Virus record (IMG/VR): IMGVR_UViG_3300022542_000881
Span: 1 to 62,384 of that record
Source: a virus
Direction: 5' to 3' (one strand)
Length of the DNA stretch: 62,384 nucleotides
The position numbers were made by a program, and so were the translations under genes. Below the pieces are notes generated by a model. It had not been told where the DNA came from and made no database searches. It saw only the letters and a program-made list of their open reading frames with translations. Position 1 is the first letter of the stretch. Each line of letters opens with the position of its first letter. Positions 22,619 to 30,847 of this stretch are shown here, in pieces.

Positions 22619-24431
22619 CCTTACATTATTTGATAAATTTACATTGGACACAGAAACAACTGGTTTAAACTGGAGGCATGATAAAATATTCGGGTTTTCA
22701 ATTTCCACCCCCGATGGGGAAGATTATTATTGGGATGTGAGAGAAGAACCAAAAGCATTGCTATGGTTGGATAATGAATTAAAGGGATTTCGTGGTGATT
22801 TAATAAATCATAACCTTAAATATGATATACATTTCCTGAGGGAAGCGGGTATTAATGTTCTTAATGGTAAATATCCAGGAATTAATTGGGATTGCACCAT
22901 GATCAGAGCGGCCTTGATCGATGAACATAGATTTACTTATAATCTTGATGATGTAGCTAAAGATTATATTGGTCTTGGCAAAATTGATCCTTATCAGGAA
23001 TTAGCTGATATGTTCGGTGGAAAACCAACCCGACATGCCCAATTGAAAAATTTACATCTTGCCCCAAGAAGTTTAGTTGATCCCTACGCAAAAAGAGATA
23101 CTCGTGCAACATTAGAATTATGGGAAGCTCAGGAAAAGATAATAAATAAAGTAAACATGCATCAAGTATGTGGTCTAGAACGTGATGTAATGTATCCTGT
23201 ACAGGATATGGAAAGGAGGGGGGTACGTGTTGATATCGATGCCGCTGAACAAAAAGTATATGAACTCGACAGAATCGTTGACAGAGAAAGAACAGAACTT
23301 GATAAAATTGCTGGATTCCCTATCAATCCAAATCCATCCGGAAGCATTCACAGATTGTTTAACCCTAAGCAGAATAAGCATGGTACATGGATCGCTTGTG
23401 ATGGAACACATCTTGGAAGTACAAAAAAAGGAAAAGCGTCTATTGATGCAGAAGCATTAAGGAATATGAAACATCCTGCGGCAGAGAAAATATTAACCGT
23501 AAGACAGTTAATGAAGTGCCGGGACACTTTTATACAAGGGCATATATTAAATTCAGAAGAGAATGGAAGAGTTTACCCTAATATAAATCAATGTAAATCT
23601 GATGCAGGTGGTACCGTTACGGGCAGATTATCTATTACTAAACCCCCTCTACAAGCTATACCAAAAAGGGATAAAAAAACGGCATCTATGGTACGACCAT
23701 TGTTTATACCAGAGGAAGGTCAGCAATGGTATAGAGCAGATTATTCTCAGGCAGATGCAAGGGGTTTCACTCATTATACACAATCCCCGCCATTGTTAGC
23801 GGCTTATGAAAAAGACCCCCGTACCGATTTTCATGGTTTGGTGGCCTCTCTCACTAACCTTCCTCGCTCTGCCCCCTACAGTGGTGGGGCTAATGCTAAG
23901 CAGTTGGGCTTAGGTCTTTTGTTCTCGATGGGTGAGGGTAGGATGGCGTGTGAAATGGGTTTACCTTATACAACAGAAGTAAGAGGAAAAAGGGAATGGT
24001 TGAAACCGGGGCCGGAGGCAACTGAGATATTTACTAATTTCCATATACAGATACCAGGAGTAAAAGAATTCTCAAAAAAGGCAACTTCCGTAGCCAAAAC
24101 CAGAGGGTATATAATATCATTAATGGGTAGACATATGCACTTCCCCCATGGGCATTATGCTTATAAAGCGGCAGGATATCTCTTCCAGAGTGCCACTGCT
24201 GAGTTTAATAAAGTAAAAATGGTAGACACCTACAACATGATAGAGAACACAGATACAGAGATATTATTATCTGTACATGATGAGTTGAATTTTTCCTCCA
24301 ATGATCCGGATCTCATGGAAGAGGTACAAGAAGAAATGGAAGATTTCCATTCTGACCATGCCAGGATAAAATTAAGAGTACCGATGGTAGCTGATATGAA
24401 AAGTGGTAATAATTGGTGGGAGGCAAATTAA
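22605..24431 (+). CDS. Family A DNA polymerase with 3'-5' exonuclease domain (DpoZ candidate by genomic context)
   Basis: 608 aa. Exo motifs DTETTGL, HNLKYD, YAKRDTRATLEL. Pol motif A RADYSQADARG, motif B ANAKQLGLGLLFSMG, motif C LSVHDEL. Confidence 0.85.
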   Translation: MIFPNLTLFDKFTLDTETTGLNWRHDKIFGFSISTPDGEDYYWDVREEPKALLWLDNELKGFRGDLINHNLKYDIHFLREAGINVLNGKYPGINWDCTMIRAALIDEHRFTYNLDDVAKDYIGLGKIDPYQELADMFGGKPTRHAQLKNLHLAPRSLVDPYAKRDTRATLELWEAQEKIINKVNMHQVCGLERDVMYPVQDMERRGVRVDIDAAEQKVYELDRIVDRERTELDKIAGFPINPNPSGSIHRLFNPKQNKHGTWIACDGTHLGSTKKGKASIDAEALRNMKHPAAEKILTVRQLMKCRDTFIQGHILNSEENGRVYPNINQCKSDAGGTVTGRLSITKPPLQAIPKRDKKTASMVRPLFIPEEGQQWYRADYSQADARGFTHYTQSPPLLAAYEKDPRTDFHGLVASLTNLPRSAPYSGGANAKQLGLGLLFSMGEGRMACEMGLPYTTEVRGKREWLKPGPEATEIFTNFHIQIPGVKEFSKKATSVAKTRGYIISLMGRHMHFPHGHYAYKAAGYLFQSATAEFNKVKMVDTYNMIENTDTEILLSVHDELNFSSNDPDLMEEVQEEMEDFHSDHARIKLRVPMVADMKSGNNWWEAN

Positions 24432-24733
24432 TGGATACGGATAAATTACAGACACCGGTTACAGAAATTGAATTAGTTGAATTTATGCACTGCGAAAATA
24501 TGTTACCTGCAGGTAGAGATATTTTAAGTAGGCTAGCTTTTCAACGGGATTTATTACTAAAAGAAAAAGCTAATAATTGGGCTAGTAGTGATAACCAAAT
24601 TGTAATTGCCTCGGGCATATTATGGGGCCATGATCTCTTGGAAGAATCAGAGAAATTGTTATATATAGCAAAGATTTGCAATTGTTGTGATTGTAAAGAA
24701 TATAGAACAGGACTTCCAACAGAGGTAAAATAA
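24431..24733 (+). CDS. Hypothetical protein
   Basis: 100 aa. TAATG overlap with the polymerase stop. Confidence 0.55.
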   Translation: MDTDKLQTPVTEIELVEFMHCENMLPAGRDILSRLAFQRDLLLKEKANNWASSDNQIVIASGILWGHDLLEESEKLLYIAKICNCCDCKEYRTGLPTEVK

Positions 24734-24912
24734 TGGATTGCGTAGAAAGAGCAAAATTAAGCGGATGTCAGGTTTTTTGTTGCGACTGTTTTTGGGGAGG
24801 ATTTGAAAGTGAACTTGTTTTTGAAAAATTAAATGAAGATTGGATATGTCCCCAATGTGGGAATTCAGAAGTAGAAAAGGATATAAAAAAGGAGGATTGT
24901 GATGGCGGCTAA
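24733..24912 (+). CDS. Zinc-ribbon small protein
   Basis: 59 aa (MDCVERAKLSGCQVFCCDCFWGG...CPQCGN). TAATG overlap. Below the ORF-track cutoff. Confidence 0.45.
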   Translation: MDCVERAKLSGCQVFCCDCFWGGFESELVFEKLNEDWICPQCGNSEVEKDIKKEDCDGG

Positions 24913-25219
24913 TTATTGTGAAAAGAAGATATATGATATCGGTGAAATAAAATGTACAATATTAGATGTCATGAAGGAAGCAAAAATATCCAAGAGCGGG
25001 GCGTATCAACGATTATTAAAATTTATGCAGGGTAAGATATCTGCATCTGATGTTTTTTGTATAAATGGATTTAGAAAGCCAGGGAATCCATTAAATAAAG
25101 CGGAATGGGGTGATTTAACAAATACAGATAGAAGTGGGGATTTGGATAATATGCCAAGTCCTACAAAATATGATGAAGAATTGAGGTTACAACCGATGTT
25201 CACATCATCACATGAATAA
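24902..25219 (+). CDS. Hypothetical protein with a possible HTH
   Basis: 105 aa from the ATG behind AAGGAGGATTGTG. ISKSGAYQRLLKF is HTH-like. Confidence 0.5.
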   Translation: MAANYCEKKIYDIGEIKCTILDVMKEAKISKSGAYQRLLKFMQGKISASDVFCINGFRKPGNPLNKAEWGDLTNTDRSGDLDNMPSPTKYDEELRLQPMFTSSHE

Positions 25220-25353
25220 AAATACGGCGTAGATCCTTCGTCACACAAAACCCCTTCTTTTATCATTTTCCAGGGGTTAGTGTCCTCGGTTTGCTTATGT
25301 TGTTGATTGCTCAACGCACCGGAATAAGTAAAGGATCATGAGAATCATCATTT

Positions 25354-25384
25354 ATTTCCTGGGGGTATAATACCCCCAGGAAAT
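25354..25384. other. Perfect palindrome (12-bp stem, 7-nt loop TATAATA); terminator or operator candidate
   Basis: ATTTCCTGGGGG-TATAATA-CCCCCAGGAAAT, read directly. It lies in the 223-nt gap before the nucleotide-modification operon. Confidence 0.45.
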
Positions 25385-25442
25385 ATCTTATAAAGAGAAA
25401 TAATAAAGAAGAAGCTATATTACATAGATTAGCTGTAGAACA

Positions 25443-25829
25443 ATGTTTAAATTGGGGGTCGGTATGGAACAATTATTAGCAGAGTTTAAAAAGAACGCAA
25501 AATTACATTGGGGATATATAGAATCTTTATTAGAAAAACATTACCCCGATGAGGATACTATATGTCTTATGAAAGAGGATTTTTTTAATATCATAGGATT
25601 TCATTACAGAACAGCCATGGAGCATGGATATAAACATGCATTACAGGATATGGGGTATGATGAAGAAGAAGACGCAAAAATTCCTGATTGGCAAAAAAAT
25701 TTAATACCAAAATTAAAGACAGGTGAGGACGTATCAGCTGAGGAAATGAATAATATACATAGCCCAATCAAGGGACCCCCATTCAAATGGGATGAAGTAA
25801 CTATAAATTCAATAAAATCTAATATTTAA
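25443..25829 (+). CDS. Hypothetical protein
   Basis: 128 aa. An alternative start at 25464 has a better SD. Confidence 0.55.
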   Translation: MFKLGVGMEQLLAEFKKNAKLHWGYIESLLEKHYPDEDTICLMKEDFFNIIGFHYRTAMEHGYKHALQDMGYDEEEDAKIPDWQKNLIPKLKTGEDVSAEEMNNIHSPIKGPPFKWDEVTINSIKSNI

Positions 25830-25838
25830 GGAGGACAC

Positions 25839-26852
25839 ATGAATCCAATAGTAGATATTATCTATGGGGGGCAATATGGATCAGAGGCTAAGAGACTTTT
25901 TATCGAGTATTACGTTAATAAGTATAAGCCGGATGCTATTGTATCTAACTTTGGGCCTAATAGCGGTGGTTTCGTATCTGATGGCGGTAAATGGGCTACT
26001 TTTGCAATGGGGTTTGACGGATTGCATCTTCTTTCTTCCGGATCGATAATCAATTATGGTGATTTTATCAAAGAACATAGAAGATTACCAGAAGGAGCTA
26101 GAGTACTTGTACATAAAAACGCTTGTATTGTTACGCCCAAGGCTATCGAGAATGAAAAACGTTTAGTAAAAATTGGGAGTACTATGACCGGAACTATGGC
26201 CGCAGTAAATATTAAGATGGCTAGAAATCTTAATAATCAAAATTTAGCATGTGTACTTCCCGGAATAAGAAGATATTCGGTTAGTAATGATATGTGGAAT
26301 GAGACGATTAGAAAGATGAAAAGGATTCTTCTTGTAGTGCCTCAGGGTCATAGTCTATCATTAAATTTCGGATTCCATCCATATTGTACAAGCAGGAACA
26401 CTTCCCCCCAACAGGGTTTAGCTGATGCCGGGATTCCTATTCAATGGGTAAACCGAATAATTGGTTGTTTTCGTACCTTCCCGATCCGGGTTGCAAATAG
26501 ATATGATGAATTGGGTAACATGATTGGTTACTCCGGTGGTTGTTACCCTGATCAGAGGGAGATGACATGGGATGAAGTTGGTCAGTCGCCTGAATATACC
26601 AGCGTCAGTAATAATATACGTAGGGTATTTTCATTTAGCATGAATCAGTTTATTGAATCATGTCGGATGAATGGTTGTACTGATGTCTTTATGAATTTTC
26701 TTAATTATCTTCAACCGAAGTACCAAAATATGTTCCTAAAAGACATAAGCCATAATCTTATTAAAAATGAGGGGATATTTGCTAAGTTATCATATTTTGG
26801 TTATGGTCCAACAATAAACGACATAAACAATAGTAATAGGTGGGGTATATGA
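25839..26852 (+). CDS. purZ: Adenylosuccinate synthetase (PurA)-fold enzyme, PurZ-like (divergent)
   Basis: 337 aa. AAGGAGGACAC then ATG. Segments colinear with E. coli PurA:
- IIYGGQYGSEAKRL vs VLGTQWGDEGKGK
- IGSTMTGTMAAV vs IGTTGRGIGPAY
- PQGHSLSLNFGFHPYCTSRNTS vs [22 protein letters not shown]
- CFRTFPIRV vs AYSTRVGAG
It is coupled to MazG-like and HD genes. Confidence 0.6.
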   Translation: MNPIVDIIYGGQYGSEAKRLFIEYYVNKYKPDAIVSNFGPNSGGFVSDGGKWATFAMGFDGLHLLSSGSIINYGDFIKEHRRLPEGARVLVHKNACIVTPKAIENEKRLVKIGSTMTGTMAAVNIKMARNLNNQNLACVLPGIRRYSVSNDMWNETIRKMKRILLVVPQGHSLSLNFGFHPYCTSRNTSPQQGLADAGIPIQWVNRIIGCFRTFPIRVANRYDELGNMIGYSGGCYPDQREMTWDEVGQSPEYTSVSNNIRRVFSFSMNQFIESCRMNGCTDVFMNFLNYLQPKYQNMFLKDISHNLIKNEGIFAKLSYFGYGPTINDINNSNRWGI

Positions 26853-27190
26853 TAAAGGGAATTGAAATAGATTTAGATGATCCTGTAACTTTAAAAGCGG
26901 CAGGCCTATGGGGAACTATTGCTCAATTAGAAATTCTTCAAGAGGAATGTGGGGAAGCAATTGAATTGTTGGTGATAGCGTTATCAAAAACTATAGCTAA
27001 AACCTCTAGATTCAAGAGAAATAGGATCACAAAAGGAGAGATAGCAGAGGAAATAGCCGATGTATTAGTGTGTATGAAATCGGTGATACCTGCTCTCAAT
27101 ATTGCAGATGAAGTTGTCCAGTTTATGGAATGTAAAACTGAAAGATTAAAATTAAGAATAGAATCCATAGAGAAGGGGGGTATAACATGA
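26849..27190 (+). CDS. mazZ: MazG-like nucleoside triphosphate pyrophosphohydrolase (MazZ-like)
   Basis: 113 aa. LQEECGEAIE (ExxE) and EEIADVLVC (EExxD) motifs of the all-alpha NTP-PPase fold. ATGA overlap with the purA-like gene. Confidence 0.6.
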   Translation: MIKGIEIDLDDPVTLKAAGLWGTIAQLEILQEECGEAIELLVIALSKTIAKTSRFKRNRITKGEIAEEIADVLVCMKSVIPALNIADEVVQFMECKTERLKLRIESIEKGGIT

Positions 27191-27774
27191 GTAGATTATC
27201 CATACAAGATATAGCCCGTGCCGCTCATGTTGACAGATGGCAGATAATACGTACTCTCCGCCAACAAAACATTGCAGAGCATCAGTACATGGTTACCATG
27301 ATAGCACTTGAAATTGCTGAAAGGGTAATAACTAATAATGATTTTACCCCGGATAATAGGATAATACTAATGGATTGGTGTCTTAGGCATGATCTTCCAG
27401 AAGTATATATGGGTGATATTTGTACTCCTGTAAAATTACGAATAAAAGCGGCATGTGATGAAGATATTTTTTCTAAGATAGAAGAAGAAATATGTGATAT
27501 ATGCCATCAATCACGGCTCAGGGTAACTGGTACTGTATATGAAGGTATAACTAAATTGGCAGATCTCATAGATGGTATCAGATTTCTTACTACGGAGGGG
27601 AGCGGTAAACATGCTGAATTTGCCCTTAATAAGATAAAAGGTATGTATAAAGAACGTTTATACCACCTGAGTAAGGAGTATACCAAATATCGATGGACCG
27701 AAGTAAGTAAAATTCTAACCACTATGTTATACGATGAATGTGGATTCATAGGATTTGAGGGTCCGATAAAATGA
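27187..27774 (+). CDS. datZ: HD-domain phosphohydrolase, YfbR-like (DatZ-like dATPase candidate)
   Basis: 195 aa. VDRWQIIRTLRQQNIAEHQYMV aligns to [22 protein letters not shown] of YfbR. RHDLPEVYMGDICTPVK aligns to YHDASEVLTGDLPTPVK. ATGA overlap upstream. Confidence 0.6.
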   Translation: MSRLSIQDIARAAHVDRWQIIRTLRQQNIAEHQYMVTMIALEIAERVITNNDFTPDNRIILMDWCLRHDLPEVYMGDICTPVKLRIKAACDEDIFSKIEEEICDICHQSRLRVTGTVYEGITKLADLIDGIRFLTTEGSGKHAEFALNKIKGMYKERLYHLSKEYTKYRWTEVSKILTTMLYDECGFIGFEGPIK

Positions 27775-27962
27775 AAAATAAAGTAGTTGAGTATATTGGG
27801 AATGAATTGTTACATCATCTTTTAGAAGTTGATCAAGAAGCTATAAAATTAAGAAAATACCCTGATTTTGGTGATCCAACTGAAAGTGGTGGTCTTGATA
27901 TAGCTGTCCTAAGAGAAAGACTAGAGAAAGCTATTAAATTAACAGAACTTCTGGTAAAATGA
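27771..27962 (+). CDS. Hypothetical helical protein, last gene of the coupled operon
   Basis: 63 aa. ATGA overlap with the HD gene. Confidence 0.5.
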   Translation: MKNKVVEYIGNELLHHLLEVDQEAIKLRKYPDFGDPTESGGLDIAVLRERLEKAIKLTELLVK

Positions 27963-28151
27963 GTAAAAAAGCGTATTATAAGATGTTATCATTTTTTATT
28001 TTTATATTGAGCATACTGGCTGTCAGTATGTTCCTGCTGTCTTTCTGATACCACGGAAAGGCTTTAGAGGGCCTTCTCCCTGGACTCGCCCTTACAACTG
28101 GTCGGGTACCAGAGAAGCATTAGCCCTACAAACATAGTCAAGGAGAATACA

Positions 28152-28427
28152 ATGAGTTATGGTAACGATTGCGAAGCACAGGCAATAAGTAGCACACCAA
28201 GGAAACCATGTAAATCTGATATTGAAGAGCAGATGAAACGGGTAGTGTTAGCGGCAAAAGTCGATAAAAACCTGTTGGATGCTATTAAAGCTTTTACAGC
28301 ACATAACGGGGAACATGCTTTTGAAACTTTGGGATTGGATAAGGTTCTTGGCAGAGTGTATATAAACCATAAGAAAATCATAAAACGGATTGAAAATCTC
28401 GAAAAACAACTGGAGATCGTAGAATAA
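28152..28427 (+). CDS. Hypothetical protein
   Basis: 91 aa. AAGGAGAATACA then ATG. Confidence 0.6.
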   Translation: MSYGNDCEAQAISSTPRKPCKSDIEEQMKRVVLAAKVDKNLLDAIKAFTAHNGEHAFETLGLDKVLGRVYINHKKIIKRIENLEKQLEIVE

Positions 28428-28716
28428 TGGGGAATTGGGCCGATATACCAGAGTATAAAGGATATTATCAAGCATCCAAGGGAGGTAAAATTAAAAATAT
28501 GGCACACAAGTAGAAAATGAAAAAATGAAGATGTTAGCTGGTAATGGACCTCAAGGGACCGGGAATCATTTTACTAAACTAACTGAAATCGATGTTATAA
28601 AAATTAGATTATTATTAAAAGATAATCCAATAAAAACTAGAATTGCTGAGAAATTTAATGTTTGTTTAACAACCATCAGTAATATAGAATCTAAAAAAAC
28701 TTGGTCCCATATATGA
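28427..28716 (+). pseudogene. Decayed HNH-family homing endonuclease (NUMOD4-like N-terminus plus C-terminal HTH; nuclease core missing)
   Basis: A 28-aa ORF (28427-28513) reads MGNWADIPEYKGYYQASKGGKIKN, like the N-terminus of the intact HEG at 56864-57379 (IWKNIPGYEEKYQVSNKGRVRS). The 63-aa ORF 28525-28716 ends ...TTISNIESKKTWSHI, like ...PTINRIKNNKTWAWV. No HNH core lies between them. Confidence 0.55.
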
Positions 28717-28782
28717 GGTGATATTATTAAATTCTTATGGTTTGACACGGAAACCACCGGTACTGATGCCTTAAAAAATGGT

Positions 28783-29331
28783 ATGATACAGATAGCCGGT
28801 ATTGTGGTTATCGGTGGAGTTGAAAAGGCTCGGTTTGATTTAAGATGCAATGTACACCCAGATGATGCAATTGAGCAAGAGGCACTTGATGTGAATGGTA
28901 TAACCCGTGAGCAAATAGCGGAGTATCCTAATCCAAAAGAAGTGTATTGGGCATTACAATCCATGTTTTGTAAGCATATTGATAGGTTTAATAAAGAAGA
29001 TAAATTCTTTGCCGCAGGTCAAAATGTAAAATTTGATGTTGATTTTTTACATAACCACTTTCTCAAACATGGTAAACCACACCCAAAGCAGGAATGTACT
29101 GGTGATCCTTTCCTTTTCTCTTTTATTCATGGTGCCACCTTCGATACTATGAATTTAGCCATGATGTATGAAATGAGAAAGGGATACAAGGTTTTTAGTC
29201 CAAACTATAAGCTTGAAACCATTTGTAAAACTCTTGGTGTTAAGCTTGAAAAAGCCCATGATGCATTGGCCGATATAGAGGCTACCAGGAAAGCGGCAAA
29301 CATTATGTGGGCATTTATTACAGGAAAATAA
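28783..29331 (+). CDS. DEDD (DnaQ-like) 3'-5' exonuclease; the first ATG lies downstream of the ExoI motif
   Basis: 182 aa from the ATG. ExoIII HDALADIEAT and ExoII-like NVKFDVDFL. The in-frame upstream sequence (28717-28782) encodes ...FLWFDTETTGTDALKNG, the ExoI motif, but contains no ATG, GTG or TTG. Confidence 0.7.
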   Translation: MIQIAGIVVIGGVEKARFDLRCNVHPDDAIEQEALDVNGITREQIAEYPNPKEVYWALQSMFCKHIDRFNKEDKFFAAGQNVKFDVDFLHNHFLKHGKPHPKQECTGDPFLFSFIHGATFDTMNLAMMYEMRKGYKVFSPNYKLETICKTLGVKLEKAHDALADIEATRKAANIMWAFITGK

Positions 29332-29332
29332 T

Positions 29333-29590
29333 ATGCTGGATTTTAATTTACTAAAAGCATGTATGGAACAATTACTTCAAGGGGATGCAGAAACGCTCCC
29401 CATGAAGGATTATTACCTTACTGGATGTACTCTTATAATTGATTTAAGTATAAGAGATAATATAAAAATAATTGTAGAAAGGAAGGGAGTGAAAATTTCG
29501 GAAATGGAATGTGGTAATATACTTGCTTCCAGTAATATAACTTTGGAGGGCCTTGATATCAGATTCAAGGTAGATTTAAAAAGTGGCTAA
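29333..29590 (+). CDS. Hypothetical protein
   Basis: 85 aa ORF abutting its neighbours. Confidence 0.5.
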   Translation: MLDFNLLKACMEQLLQGDAETLPMKDYYLTGCTLIIDLSIRDNIKIIVERKGVKISEMECGNILASSNITLEGLDIRFKVDLKSG

Positions 29591-30005
29591 AGAAAAACAG
29601 TTATGGGATAAGATAAAAGGGCAGTTAGGTAACGCCTGGGACGCTCAGAGGCATGAAGACGAGTTCTCCGTGGGCATCCCGGACGTGTCCTACGGGGCGG
29701 CGGGTATCAACGGGTGGATAGAGCTTAAAAGGCTAGAACGGTACCCGAAAAACCCGCAAACGGTAATAAAAATAAAACACTTTACCGGGGTCCAAAAAAA
29801 TTGGCTATATGAAAGACAACAAAAGGGTGGACACTGTTGGTTATTGCTTCAAATTGCCGATGATTATTATCTTTTTAAAGGGGATCGATGCGATAAAGTG
29901 GGATCATATTTAAATAAAGAAGGATTAGAAAGAAATGCCCATTCTATATATTCAAATAATAAGGATATATCCCTTGGGGCATGGTTGTGGAAGAATATAA
30001 TATAA
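29583..30005 (+). CDS. PD-(D/E)xK nuclease, VRR-NUC / Holliday-junction-resolvase-like
   Basis: 140 aa (GTG start). GIPDVSY...GWIELKR gives the D...ExK catalytic pattern. Last gene of the plus-strand arm. Confidence 0.55.
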   Translation: MAKEKQLWDKIKGQLGNAWDAQRHEDEFSVGIPDVSYGAAGINGWIELKRLERYPKNPQTVIKIKHFTGVQKNWLYERQQKGGHCWLLLQIADDYYLFKGDRCDKVGSYLNKEGLERNAHSIYSNNKDISLGAWLWKNII

Positions 30006-30087
30006 AATATCCCTAAGAGGCATAAGACACAGGGAGCATCCGCAAAACTCATATACCCCCCAGGGATATTACTCTATGATAATTATA

Positions 30088-30312
30088 CTATTTAAGTAAT
30101 TTCTCTTGTCTCTTTTTCCTGGCCACAATTACACCCCCTGCGGCCTTAGCACTAAAAGGATGTCTACGTGCTTGTTCCTGAGCCGATAGAACCCTTTTTG
30201 CAATAGGTTTTTTCTTTTTTGGTAAAGGTTTAACTTTCTTTTTTACTCCTTTGCCAATTAAGGCTTTTGCACCCAATCTTGCAAACTCTGCTACATCTTT
30301 AATGAAGGCCAT
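30088..30312 (-). CDS. Very basic small protein
   Basis: 74 aa, K/R-rich. SD AAGGAG. Last gene of the minus-strand arm. Confidence 0.5.
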   Translation of the reverse strand: MAFIKDVAEFARLGAKALIGKGVKKKVKPLPKKKKPIAKRVLSAQEQARRHPFSAKAAGGVIVARKKRQEKLLK

Positions 30313-30322
30313 CTTTTTCTCC

Positions 30323-30808
30323 TTAAATTACTATTCCATTTACACTACATTCTGCTCCGGCTATCTGCATTATATCCACGAATAATGCCGGATGTATCTT
30401 TGCAGGATCAATTATCCATCTTTTTTTAATAACAACTGGAGTTACTGCTATCTCAGAACAAAACATCTTATTCTTACGATCTTTCGTCTTAAAGACAAAA
30501 GCAATAATACCGGCCCAATCATAAGGGATTTTTTCCGCCGCCGCTTTTTCATAATATGATATACAATAATCATAAATTTCTTCGGAAACGGATAATTCCC
30601 ATATTTCATATTTCGTACCGGGGGTATGTGCTGACCAATCACTCCAATCTGTCCAGGACTTTATACCCCCTTTATGAGGCCATGCTTCTATTAATCTTTC
30701 ATTTGGCATCAATATAGCAATATGGGAATATCCTTTCGATCTGGTCCAAAATCGAATAGCCTTTGATACAAGAGACTTACCTCTAAAAGCAACAAATTTT
30801 AAAATCAT
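30323..30808 (-). CDS. Papain-fold (NlpC/P60 or YiiX-like permuted) peptidase, cell-wall hydrolase candidate
   Basis: 161 aa. GYSHIAIL...EAW and MFCSEIA give a His/Cys arrangement resembling permuted papain-like amidases. Located in the lysis cassette. Confidence 0.45.
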   Translation of the reverse strand: MILKFVAFRGKSLVSKAIRFWTRSKGYSHIAILMPNERLIEAWPHKGGIKSWTDWSDWSAHTPGTKYEIWELSVSEEIYDYCISYYEKAAAEKIPYDWAGIIAFVFKTKDRKNKMFCSEIAVTPVVIKKRWIIDPAKIHPALFVDIMQIAGAECSVNGIVI

Positions 30809-30847
30809 TTTATTAATCCTCTCTATCTGTCATTAAGATCCTTCTTT

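Noticed and set aside
28714-28716. Genome-wide TGA reassignment (code 4-like) as the explanation for the in-frame TGA between the HEG fragment and the exonuclease
   Set aside because: TGA clearly terminates many well-delimited genes here (for example 13515-13517, 26850-26852, 27188-27190, and 36476-36478 on the minus strand). Translation in the standard code gives full-length helicases, polymerase and a 2419-aa ORF. Only a local read-through remains conceivable.
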